In this document: piece by piece, positions 38,432-50,800 of the stretch
Numbering within the stretch: position 1 is the first letter of the stretch
Layout of the letters: each line of letters begins with the position of its first letter
Assembly (NCBI GenBank): GCA_002189035.1
Contig: NEEC01000199.1
Coordinates: 1,397 to 65,396, forward strand
Direction: 5' to 3'
DNA: 64,000 nucleotides
From: Utricularia gibba
Taxonomy: Eukaryota > Plantae > Magnoliophyta
Made by a program: the position numbers and the translations under genes
Notes under the pieces: generated by a model
Seen by the model: the letters and a program-made list of their open reading frames with translations, nothing else
Told to the model about the DNA's origin: nothing
The model's database searches: none

Positions 38432-41400
38432 GAGGATGCATCAGAGCTCGAATTATCGCCTTATATTAGCCTTCAGATGTGCCACAAATTGGCCACCACG
38501 TTCGCGATGAGTTTCGGAACACGAGAATCGACGCGATTGTGATTTTCGGCTTGCAAAAGATCTGCGTTTTATTGGATGACGTGAAGTATGGGTTTTCGAG
38601 GCGATCTCTGAACAAGCTCTGGTGTGTCCTACCCGCAGCCTCATGGTGGCCTCGCACACCGTTCGGTATTCGGCGATATCTTGAAATGATGAGTCACGCT
38701 GCGCCCGGCATACCGTTTCGAACCCCTTTCCGTGCCGGTCAGCTTCCGTGTTGAAAGCATCTTCGTCCGAGGATGCATCAGAGCTCGAATTATCGCCTTA
38801 TATTAGCCTTCAGATGTGCCACAAATTGGCCACCACGTTCGCGACGATGCGACTCGGAACACGAGAATCGACGCGATTGTGATTTTCGCTTGCAAAACAT
38901 CTGCGTTTTATTGGGTGACGTGAAGTATGGGTTTTCGAGGCGATCTCTGAACAAGCTCTGGTGTTCCTACCCGCAGCCTCATGGTGGCCTCGCACACCGT
39001 TCGGCATCTCGTCGATATCTTGAAGATCAAGATGAGTCACGCTGCGCCCGGCATACCGTTTCGAACCCGTTCCGTGCCGGTCAGCTTCCGTGTTGAAAGC
39101 ATCTTCGTCCGAGGATGCATCAGAGCTCGAATTATCGCCTTATTTAGCCTTCAGATGTGCCACAAATTGGCCACCACGTTCGCGACGATGCGACTCGGAA
39201 CACGAGAATCGACGCGATTGTGATTTTCGGCTTGCAAAAATCTGCGTTTTATTGGATGACGTGAAGTATGGGTTTTCGAGGCGATCTCTGAACAAGCTCT
39301 GGTGTGTCCCTACCCGCAGCCTCATGGTGGCCTCGCACACCGTTCGGTATTTCGATATCCTGAAAGTGATGAGTCACGCTGCGCCCATACCGTTTCGAAC
39401 CCCTTTCCGTGCCGGTCAGCTTCCGTGTTGAAAGCATCTTCGTCCGAGGATGCATCAGAGCTCGAATTATCGCCTTATATTAGCCTTCAGATGTGCCACA
39501 AATTGGCCACCACGTTCGCGACGATGCGACTCGGAACACGAGAATCGACGCGATTGTGATTTTCGCCTTGCAAAACATCTGCGTTTTATTGGGTGACGTG
39601 AAGTATGGGTTTTCGAGGCGATCTCTGAACAAGCTCTGGTGTGTTCCTACCCAGCCTCATGGTGGCCTCGCACACCGTTCGGCATTTCGTCGATATCTTG
39701 AAGATCAGATGAGTCACGCTGCGCCGGCATACCGTTTCGAACCCCTTTCCGTGCCGGTCAGCTTCCGTGTTGAAAGCATCTTCGTCCGAGGATGCATCAG
39801 AGCTCGAATTATCGCCTTATATTAGCCTTCAGATGTGCCACAAATTGGCCACCACGTTCGCGACGATGAGTTTCGGAACACGAGAATCGACGCGATTGTG
39901 ATTTTCGGCTTGCAAAAGATCTGCGTTTTATTGGATGACGTGAAGTATGGGTTTTCGAGCGATCTCTGAACAAGCTCTGGGTGTGTCCTACCCGCAGCCT
40001 CATGGTGGCCTCGCACACCGTTCGGTATTCGGCGATATCCTGAAAACCGTGATGAGTCACGCTGCGCCGGCATACCGTTTCGAACCCCTTTCCGTGCCGT
40101 CAGCTTCCGTGTTGAAAGCATCTTCGTCCGAGGATGCATCAGAGCTCGAATTATCGCTTATATTAGCCTTCAGATGTGCCACAAATTGGCCACCACGTTC
40201 GCGACGATGCGACTCGGAACACGAGAATCGACGCGATTGTGATTTTCGCCTTGCAAAACATCTGCGTTTTATTGGGTGACGTGAAGTATGGGTTTTCGAG
40301 GCGATCTCTGAACAAGCTCTGGGTGTGTCCCTACCCGCAGCCTCATGGTGGCCTCGCACACCGTTCGGCATCTCGTCGATATCTTGAAGATCAAGATGAG
40401 TCACGCTGCGCCCGGCATACCGTTTCGAACCCGTTCCGTGCCGGTCAGCTTCCGTGTTGAAAGCATCTTCGTCCGAGGATGCATCAGAGCTCGAATTATC
40501 GCCTTATATTAGCCTTCAGATGTGCCACAAATTGGCCACCACGTTCGCGACGATGCGTTTCGGAACACGAGAATCGACGCGATTGTGATTTTCGCTTGCA
40601 AAAGATCTGCGTTTTATTGGATGACGTGAAGTATGGGTTTTCGAGCGATCTCTGAACAAGCTCTGGGTGTGTCCCTACCCGCAGCCTCATGGTGGCCTCG
40701 CACACCGTTCGGTATTTCGGCGATATCCTGAAAACCGTGATGAGTCACGCTGCGCTCGGCATACCGTTTCGAACCCCTTTCCGTGCCGGTCAGCTTCCGT
40801 GTTGAAAGCATCTTCGTCCGAGGATGCATCAGAGCTCGAATTATCGCCTTATATTAGCCTTCAGATGTGCCACAAATTGGCCACCACGTTCGCGACGATG
40901 CGACTCGGAACACGAGAATCGACGCGATTGTGATTTTCGCCTTGCAAAACATCTGCGTTTTATTGGGTGACGTGAAGTATGGGTTTTCGAGGCGATCTCT
41001 GAACAAGCTCTGGTGTTCCTACCCGCAGCCTCATGGTGGCCTCGCACACCGTTCGGCATCTCGTCGATATCTTGAAGATCAAGATGAGTCACGCTGCGCC
41101 CGGCATACCGTTTCGAACCCCTTTCCGTGCCGGTCAGCTTCCGTGTTGAAAGCATCTTCGTCCGAGGATGCATCAGAGCTCGAATTATCGCCTTATATTA
41201 GCCTTCAGATGTGCCACAAATTGGCCACCACGTTCGCGACGATGCGGAACGAGAATCGACGCGATTGTGATTTTCGGCTTGCAAAATCTGCGTTTTATTG
41301 GATGACGTGAAGTATGGGTTTTCGAGCGATCTCTGAACAAGCTCTGGTGTGTCCTACCCGCAGCCTCATGGTGGCCTCGCACACCGTTCGGTATTTCGGC

Positions 41401-41839
41401 GATATCTGAAAACCGTGATGAGTCACGCTGCGCCGGCATACCGTTTCGAACCCTTTCCGTGCCGGTCAGCTTCCGTGTTGAAAGCATCTTCGTCCGAGGA
41501 TGCATCAGAGCTCGAATTATCGCCTTATATTAGCCTTCAGATGTGCCACAAATTGGCCACCACGTTCGCGACGATGCGACTCGGAACACGAGAATCGACG
41601 CGATTGTGATTTTCGCTTGCAAAACATCTGCGTTTTATTGGTGACGTGAAGTATGGGTTTTCGAGGCGATCTCTGAACAAGCTCTGGGTGTGTCCCTACC
41701 CGCAGCCTCATGGTGGCCTCGCACACCGTTCGGCATCTCGTCGATATCTTGAAGATCAAGATGAGTCACGCTGCGCCGGCATACCGTTTCGAACCCCTTT
41801 CCGTGCCGGTCAGCTTCCGTGTTGAAAGCATCTTCGTCC
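38432..41839. repeat. Strict B/A alternating dimer HOR (~680-690 bp period, five repeats)
   Basis: Monomers at 38432, 39111, 39788, 40475 and 41164 are B-class (GGATGACGTG, GGTATT...). Those at 38769, 39446, 40130, 40820 and 41496 are A-class. Confidence 0.72.
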
Positions 41840-44800
41840 GAGGATGCATCAGAGCTCGAATTATCGCTTATATTAGCCTTCAGATGTGCCACAAATTGGC
41901 CACCACGTTCGCGACGATGCGTCTCGACAACGCGATTTGAACAAGCCGAGGCGATCTCTGAACAAGCTCTGGGTGTGTCCTACCCGCAGCCTCATGGTGG
42001 CCTCGCACACCGTTCGGCATCTTCGATATCTTGAAGATCAAGATGAGTCACGCTGCGCCCGGCATACCGTTTCGAAGCCCGTTTCCGTGCCGGTCAGCTT
42101 CCGTGTTGAAAGCTTCTTCGTCCGAGGATGCATCAGAGCTCGAATTATCGCCTTATATTAGCCTTCAGATGTGCCACAAATTGGCCACCACGTTCGCGAC
42201 GATGAGTTTCGGAACACGAGAATCGACGCGATTGTGATTTTCGGCTTGCAAAAGATCTGCGTTTTATTGGATGACGTGAAGTATGGGTTTTCGATGCGAT
42301 CTCTGAACAAGCTCTGGGTGTGTCCCTACCCGCAGCCTCATGGTGGCCTCGCACACCGTTCGGTATTTCGGCGATATCTGAAAACCGTGATGAGTCACGC
42401 TGCGCCGGCATACCGTTTCGAACCCCTTTCCGTGCCGGTCAGCTTCCGTGTTGAAAGCATCTTCGTCCGAGGATGCATCAGAGCTCGAATTATCGCCTTA
42501 TATTAGCCTTCAGATGTGCCACAAATTGGCCACCACGTTCGCGACGATGCGACTCGGAACACGAGAATCGACGCGATTGTGATTTTCGCCTTGCAAAACA
42601 TCTGCGTTTTATTGGTGACGTGAAGTATGGGTTTTCGAGGCGATCTCTGAACAAGCTCTAGGTGTGTTCCTACCCGCAGCCTCATGGTGGCCTCGCACAC
42701 CGTTCGGCATTCGTCGATATCTTGAAATCAAGATGAGTCACGCTGCGCCCGGCATACCGTTTCGAACCCCTTCCGTGCCGGTCAGCTTCCGTGTTGAAAG
42801 CATCTTCGTCCGAGGATGCATCAGAGCTCGAATTATCGCCTTATATTAGCCTTCAGATGTGCCACAAATTGGCCACCACGTTCGCGACGATGCGACTCGG
42901 AACACGAGAATCGACGCGATTGTGATTTTCGCCTTGCAAAACATCTGCGTTTTATTGGGTGACGTGAAGTATGGGTTTTCGAGGCGATCTCTGAACAAGC
43001 TCTGGTGTGTTCCTACCCGCAGCCTCATGGTGGCCTCGCACACCGTTCGGTATTTCGGCGATATCTGAAAATGATGAGTCACGCTGCGCCGGCATCCGTT
43101 TCGAACCCCTTTCCGTGCCGGTCAGCTTCCGTGTTGAAAGCATCTTCGTCCGAGGATGCATCAGAGCTCGAATTATCGCCTTATATTAGCCTTCAGATGT
43201 GCCACAAATTGGCCACCACGTTCGCGACGATGCGACTCGGAACACGAAATCGACGCGATTGTGATTTTCGGCTTGCAAAACATCTGCGTTTTATTGGATG
43301 ACGTGAAGTATGGGTTTTCGAGCGATCTCTGAACAAGCTCTGGGTGTGTCCCTACCCGCAGCCTCATGGTGGCCTCGCACACCGTTCGGCATCTCGTCGA
43401 TATCTTGAAGATCAAGATGAGTCACGCTGCGCCGGCATACCGTTTCGAACCCGTTCCGTGCCGGTCAGCTTCCGTGTTGAAAGCTTCTTCGTCCGAGGAT
43501 GCATCAGAGCTCGAATTATCGCCTTATCTTAGCCTTCAGATGTGCCACAAATTGGCCACCACGTTCGCGACGATGCGTTTCGGAACACGAGAATCGACGC
43601 GATTGTGATTTTCGCTTGCAAAATCTGCGTTTTATTGGATGACGTGAAGTATGGGTTTTCGAGGCGATCTCTGAACAAGCTCTGGGTGTGTCCCTACCCG
43701 CAGCCTCATGGTGGCCTCGCACACCGTTCGGTATTTCGGCGATATCCTGAAATCGTGATGAGTCACGCTGCGCCGGCATACCGTTTCGAACCCCTTTCCG
43801 TGCCGGTCAGCTTCCGTGTTGAAAGCATCTTCGTCCGAGGATGCATCAGAGCTCGAATTATCGCCTTATATTAGCCTTCAGATGTGCCACAAATTGGCCA
43901 CCACGTTCGCGACGATGCGACTCGGAACACGAGAATCGACGCGATTGTGATTTTCGCCTTGCAAAACATCTGCGTTTTATTGGGTGACGTGAAGTATGGG
44001 TTTTCGAGGCGATCTCTGAACAAGCTCTAGGTGTGTTCCTACCCGCAGCCTCATGGTGGCCTCGCACACCGTTCGGCATCTCGTCGATATCTTGAAATCA
44101 TGATGAGTCACGCTGCGCCGCATACCGTTTCGAACCCGTTCCGTGCCGGTCAGCTTCCGTGTTGAAAGCATCTTCGTCCGAGGATGCATCAGAGCTCGAA
44201 TTATCGCCTTATATTAGCCTTCAGATGTGCCACAAATTGGCCACCACGTTCGCGACGATGAGTTTCGGAACACGAGAATCGACGCGATTGTGATTTTCGC
44301 TTGCAAAAGATCTGCGTTTTATTGGATGACGTGAAGTATGGGTTTTCGAGCGATCTCTGAACAAGCTCTGGGTGTGTCCCTACCCGCAGCCTCATGGTGG
44401 CCTCGCACACCGTTCGGTATTTCGGCGATATCTGAAAACCGTGATGAGTCACGCTGCGCCGGCATACCGTTTCGAACCCCTTTCCGTGCCGGTCAGCTTC
44501 CGTGTTGAAAGCATCTTCGTCCGAGGATGCATCAGAGCTCGAATTATCGCCTTATATTAGCCTTCAGATGTGCCACAAATTGGCCACCACGTTCGCGACG
44601 ATGCGACTCGGAACACGAGAATCGACGCGATTGTGATTTTCGGCTTGCAAAATCTGCGTTTTATTGGGTGACGTGAAGTATGGGTTTTCGAGGCGATCTC
44701 TGAACAAGCTCTGGGTGTGTCCCTACCCGCAGCCTCATGGTGGCCTCGCACACCGTTCGGCATCTCGTCGATATCTGAAGATCAAGATGAGTCACGCTGC

Positions 44801-47800
44801 GCCCGGCATACCGTTTCGAACCCGTTCCGTGCCGGTCAGCTTCCGTGTTGAAAGCTTCTTCGTCCGAGGATGCATCAGAGCTCGAATTATCGCCTTATAT
44901 AGCCTTCAGATGTGCCACAAATTGGCCACCACGTTCGCGACGATGACGGAACACGAGAATCGCGATTGTGATTTTCGCTTGCAAAAGATCTGCGTTTTAT
45001 TGACCGATGCAAAAGACCTCTAACAAGCTCTGTGTGTCCCTACCCGCAGCCTCATGGTGGCCTCGCACACCGTTCGGCATCTCGTCGATATCTTGAAATC
45101 AAGATGAGTCACGCTGCGCCGGCATACCGTTTCGAACCCTTCCGTGCCGGTCAGCTTCCGTGTTGAAAGCTTCTTCGTCCGAGGATGCATCAGAGCTCGA
45201 ATTATCGCCTTATATTAGCCTTCAGATGTGCCACAAATTGGCCACCACGTTCGCGACGATGCGACTCGGAACACGAGAATCGACGCGATTGTGATTTTCG
45301 GCTTGCAAAAGATCTGCGTTTTTTTGGATGACGTGAAGTATGGGTTTTCGAGCGATCTCTGAACAAGCTCTGGGTGTGTCCCTACCCGCAGCCTCATGGT
45401 GGCCTCGCACACCGTTCGGTATTTCGGCGATATCCTTGAAAATGATGAGTCACGCTGCGCCCGGCATACCGTTTCGAACCCTTTCCGTGCCGGTCAGCTT
45501 CCGTGTTGAAAGCATCTTCGTCCGAGGATGCATCAGAGCTCGAATTATCGCCTTATATTAGCCTTCAGATGTGCCACAAATTGGCCACCACGTTCGCGAC
45601 GATGCGACTCGGAACACGAGAATCGACGCGATTGTGATTTTCGCCTTGCAAAACATCTGCGTTTTATTGGGTGACGTGAAGTATGGGTTTTCGAGGCGAT
45701 CTCTGAACAAGCTCTGGTGTGTCCTACCCGCAGCCTCATGGTGGCCTCGCACACCGTTCGGCATCTCGTCGATATCTTGAAGATCAAGATGAGTCACGCT
45801 GCGCCCGGCATACCGTTTCGAAGCCCGTTCCGCCGGTCAGCTTCCGTGTTGAAAGCATCTTCGTCCGAGGATGCATCAGAGCTCGAATTATCGCCTTATA
45901 TTAGCCTTCAGATGTGCCACAAATTGGCCACCACGTTCGCGACGATGCGACTCGGAACACGAGAATCGACGCGATTGTGATTTTCGGCTTGCAAAATCTG
46001 CGTTTTATTGGGTGACGTGAAGTATGGGTTTTCGAGGCGATCTCTGAACAAGCTCTGGTGTGTCCCTACCCGCAGCCTCATGGTGGCCTCGCACACCGTT
46101 CGGTATTTCGGCGATATCCTGAAAACCGTGATGAGTCACGCTGCGCCCGGCATACCGTTTCGAACCCCTTTCCGTGCCGGTCAGCTTCCGTGTTGAAAGC
46201 ATCTTCGTCCGAGGATGCATCAGAGCTCGAATTATCGCCTTATATTAGCCTTCAGATGTGCCACAAATTGGCCACCACGTTCGCGACGATGCGTTTCGGA
46301 ACACGAGAATCGACGCGATTGTGATTTTCGGCTTGCAAAAGATCTGCGTTTTATTGGATGACGTGAAGTATGGGTTTTCGAGCGATCTCTGAACAAGCTC
46401 TGGTGTGTCCTACCCGCAGCCTCATGGTGGCCTCGCACACCGTTCGGCATCTCGTCGATATCTTGAAGATCAAGATGAGTCACGCTGCGCCATACCGTTT
46501 CGAACCCTTTCCGTGCCGGTCAGCTTCCGTGTTGAAAGCTTCTTCGTCCGAGGATGCATCAGAGCTCGAATTATCGCCTTATATTAGCCTTCAGATGTGC
46601 CACAAATTGGCCACCACGTTCGCGACGATGCGACTCGGAACACGAGAATCGACGCGATTGTGATTTTCGCTTGCAAAACATCTGCGTTTTATTGGATGAC
46701 GTGAAGTATGGGTTTTCGATGCGATCTCTGAACAAGCTCTGGTGTGTCCTACCCGCAGCCTCATGGTGGCCTCGCACACCGTTCGGTATTTCGGCGATAT
46801 CTGAAAGTGATGAGTCACGCTGCGCGGCATACCGTTTCGAACCCCTTTCCGTGCCGGTCAGCTTCCGTGTTGAAAGCATCTTCGTCCGAGGATGCATCAG
46901 AGCTCGAATTATCGCCTTATATTAGCCTTCAGATGTGCCACAAATTGGCCACCACGTTCGCGACGATGCGACTCGGAACACGAGAATCGACGCGATTGTG
47001 ATTTTCGCCTTGCAAAACATCTGCGTTTTATTGGGTGACGTGAAGTATGGGTTTTCGAGGCGATCTCTGAACAAGCTCTGGTGTGTTCCCTACCCGCAGC
47101 CTCATGGTGGCCTCGCACACCGTTCGGCATTCGTCGATATCTTGAAGATCATGATGAGTCACGCTGCGCCCGGCATACCGTTTCGAACCCGTTCCGTGCC
47201 GGTCAGCTTCCGTGTTGAAAGCATCTTCGTCCGAGGATGCATCAGAGCTCGAATTATCGCCTTATATTAGCCTTCAGATGTGCCACAAATTGGCCACCAC
47301 GTTCGCGACGATGCGACTCGGAACACGAGAATCGACGCGATTGTGATTTTCGCTTGCAAAACATCTGCGTTTTATTGGATGACGTGAAGTATGGGTTTTC
47401 GAGGCGATCTCTGAACAAGCTCTGGTGTGTCCTACCCGCAGCCTCATGGTGGCCTCGCACACCGTTCGGTATTCGTCGATATCTTGAAAAAGATGAGTCA
47501 CGCTGCGCCGGCATCGTTTCGAACCCTTCCGTGCCGGTCAGCTTCCGTGTTGAAAGCATCTTCGTCCGAGGATGCATCAGAGCTCGAATTATCGCCTTAT
47601 ATTAGCCTTCAGATGTGCCACAAATTGGCCACCACGTTCGCGACGATGCGACTCGGAACACGAGAATCGACGCGATTGTGATTTTCGGCTTGCAAAAGAT
47701 CTGCGTTTATTGGTGACGTGAAGTATGGGTTTTCGAGCGATCTCTGAACAAGCTCTGGGTGTGTCCTACCCGCAGCCTCATGGTGGCCTCGCACACCGTT

Positions 47801-50800
47801 CGGCATCTCGTCGATATCTTGAAAATCATGATGAGTCACGCTGCGCCGGCATACCGTTTCGAACCCGTTCCGTGCCGGTCAGCTTCCGTGTTGAAAGCAT
47901 CTTCGTCCGAGGATGCATCAGAGCTCGAATTATCGCCTTATATTAGCCTTCAGATGTGCCACAAATTGGCCACCACGTTCGCGACGATGCGACTCGGAAC
48001 ACGAGAATCGACGCGATTGTGATTTTCGGCTTGCAAAACATCTGCGTTTTATTGGATGACGTGAAGTATGGGTTTTCGAGGCGATCTCTGAACAAGCTCT
48101 GGGTGTGTCCTACCCGCAGCCTCATGGTGGCCTCGCACACCGTTCGGTATTTCGGCGATATCCTGAATGATGAGTCACGCTGCGCCCGGCATACCGTTTC
48201 GAACCCTTTCCGTGCCGGTCAGCTTCCGTGTTGAAAGCATCTTCGTCCGAGGATGCATCAGAGCTCGAATTATCGCCTTATATTAGCCTTCAGATGTGCC
48301 ACAAATTGGCCACCACGTTCGCGACGATGCGACGGAACACGAGAATCGACGCGATTGTGATTTTCGCTTGCAAAACATCTGCGTTTTATTGGGTGACGTG
48401 AAGTATGGGTTTTCGAGGCGATCTCTGAACAAGCTCTGGTGTGTCCTACCCGCAGCCTCATGGTGGCCTCGCACACCGTTCGGCATCTCGTCGATATCTT
48501 GAAGATCATGATGAGTCACGCTGCGCCGGCATCCGTTTCGAACCCTTTCCGTGCCGGTCAGCTTCCGTGTTGAAAGCGTGAAGTCTTCGTCCGAGGATGC
48601 ATCAGAGCTCGAATTATCGCCTTATATAGCCTTCAGATGTGCCACAAATTGGCCACCACGTTCGCGACGATGAGTTTCGGAACACGAGAATCGACGCGAT
48701 TGTGATTTTCGGCTTGCAAAAGATCTGCGTTTTATTGGATGACGTGAAGTATGGGTTTTCGATGCGATCTCTGAACAAGCTCTGGGTGTGTCCTACCCGC
48801 AGCCTCATGGTGGCCTCGCACACCGTTCGGTATTTCGGCGATATCCTGAAAACCGTGATGAGTCACGCTGCGCCCGGCATACCGTTTCGAACCCCTTCCG
48901 TGCCGGTCAGCTTCCGTGTTGAAAGCATCTTCGTCCGAGGATGCATCAGAGCTCGAATTATCGCCTTATATAGCCTTCAGATGTGCCACAAATTGGCCAC
49001 CACGTTCGCGACGATGCGACTCGGAACACAAGAATCGACGCGATTGTGATTTTCGCCTTGCAAAACATCTACGTTTTATTGGGTGACGTGAAGTATGGGT
49101 TTTCGAGGCGATCTCTGAACAAGCTCTAGGTGTGTTCCTACCCGCAGCCTCATGGTGGCCTCGCACACCGTTCGGCATCTCGTCGATATCTTGAAGATCA
49201 AGATGAGTCACGCTGCGCCCGGCATACCGTTTCGAAGCCCGTTCCGTGCCGGTCAGCTTCCGTGTTGAAAGCATCTTCGTCCGAGGATGCATCAGAGCTC
49301 GAATTATCGCCTTATATTAGCCTTCAGATGTGCCACAATTGGCCACCACGTTCGCGACGATGCGACTCGGAACACGAGAATCGACGCGATTGTGATTTTC
49401 GGCTTGCAAAACATCTGCGTTTTATTGGGTGACGTGAAGTATGGGTTTTCGAGGCGATCTCTGAACAAGCTCTGGGTGTGTCCTACCCGCAGCCTCATGG
49501 TGGCCTCGCACACCGTTCGGCATCTCGTCGATATCTTGAAGATCAAGATGAGTCACGCTGCGCCCGGCATACCGTTTCGAAGCCCGTTCCGTGCCGGTCA
49601 TCTTCCGTGTTGAAAGCATCTTCGTCCGAGGATGCATCAGAGCTCGAATTATCGCCTTATATTAGCCTTCAGATGTGCCACAAATTGGCCCACGTTCGCG
49701 ACGATGAGTTTCGGAACACGAGAATCGACGCGATTGTGATTTTCGGCTTGCAAAAGATCTGCGTTTTATTGGATGACGTGAAGTATGGGTTTTCGATGCG
49801 ATCTCTGAACAAGCTCTGGTGTGTCCCTACCCGCAGCCTCATGGTGGCCTCGCACACCGTTCGGTATTCGGCGATATCCTGAAAACCGTGATGAGTCACG
49901 CTGCGCTCGCATACCGTTTCGAACCCCTTTCCGTGCCGGTCAGCTTCCGTGTTGAAAGCATCTTCGTCCGAGGATGCATCAGAGCTCGAATTATCGCCTT
50001 ATATTAGCCTTCAGATGTGCCACAAATTGGCACCCACGTTCGCGACGATGCGACTCGGAACACGAGAATCGACGCGATTGTGATTTTCGCCTTGCAAAAC
50101 ATCTGTGTTTTATTGGGTGACGTGAAGTATGGGTTTTCGAGGCGATCTCTGAACAAGCTCTGGGTGTGTCCTACCCGCAGCCTCATGGTGGCCTCGCACA
50201 CCGTTCGGCATCTCGTCGATATCTGAAAAAGTGATGAGTCACGCTGCGCCGGCATACCGTTTCGAACCCCTTTCCGTGCCGGTCAGCTTCCGTGTTGAAA
50301 GCATCTTCGTCCGAGGATGCATCAGAGCTCGAATTATCGCCTTATATTAGCCTTCAGATGTGCCACAAATTGGCCACCACGTTCGCGACGATGCGATCGA
50401 GAATCGACGCGATTGTGATTTTCGGCTTGCAAAAGATCTGCGTTTTATTGGATGACGTGAAGTATGGGTTTTCGATGCGATCTCTGAACAAGCTCTGGGT
50501 GTGTCCCTACCCGCAGCCTCATGGTGGCCTCGCACACCGTTCGGTATTTCGTCGATATCCTGAAAACCGTGATGAGTCACGCTGCGCCGGCATACCGTTT
50601 CGAACCCTTTCCGTGCCGGTCAGCTTCCGTGTTGAAAGCATCTTCGTCCGAGGATGCATCAGAGCTCGAATTATCGCCTTATATAGCCTTCAGATGTGCC
50701 ACAAATTGGCCACCACGTTCGCGACGATGCGACTCGGAACACAAGAATCGACGCGATTGTGATTTTCGCCTTGCAAAACATCTGCGTTTTTTTGGGTGAC

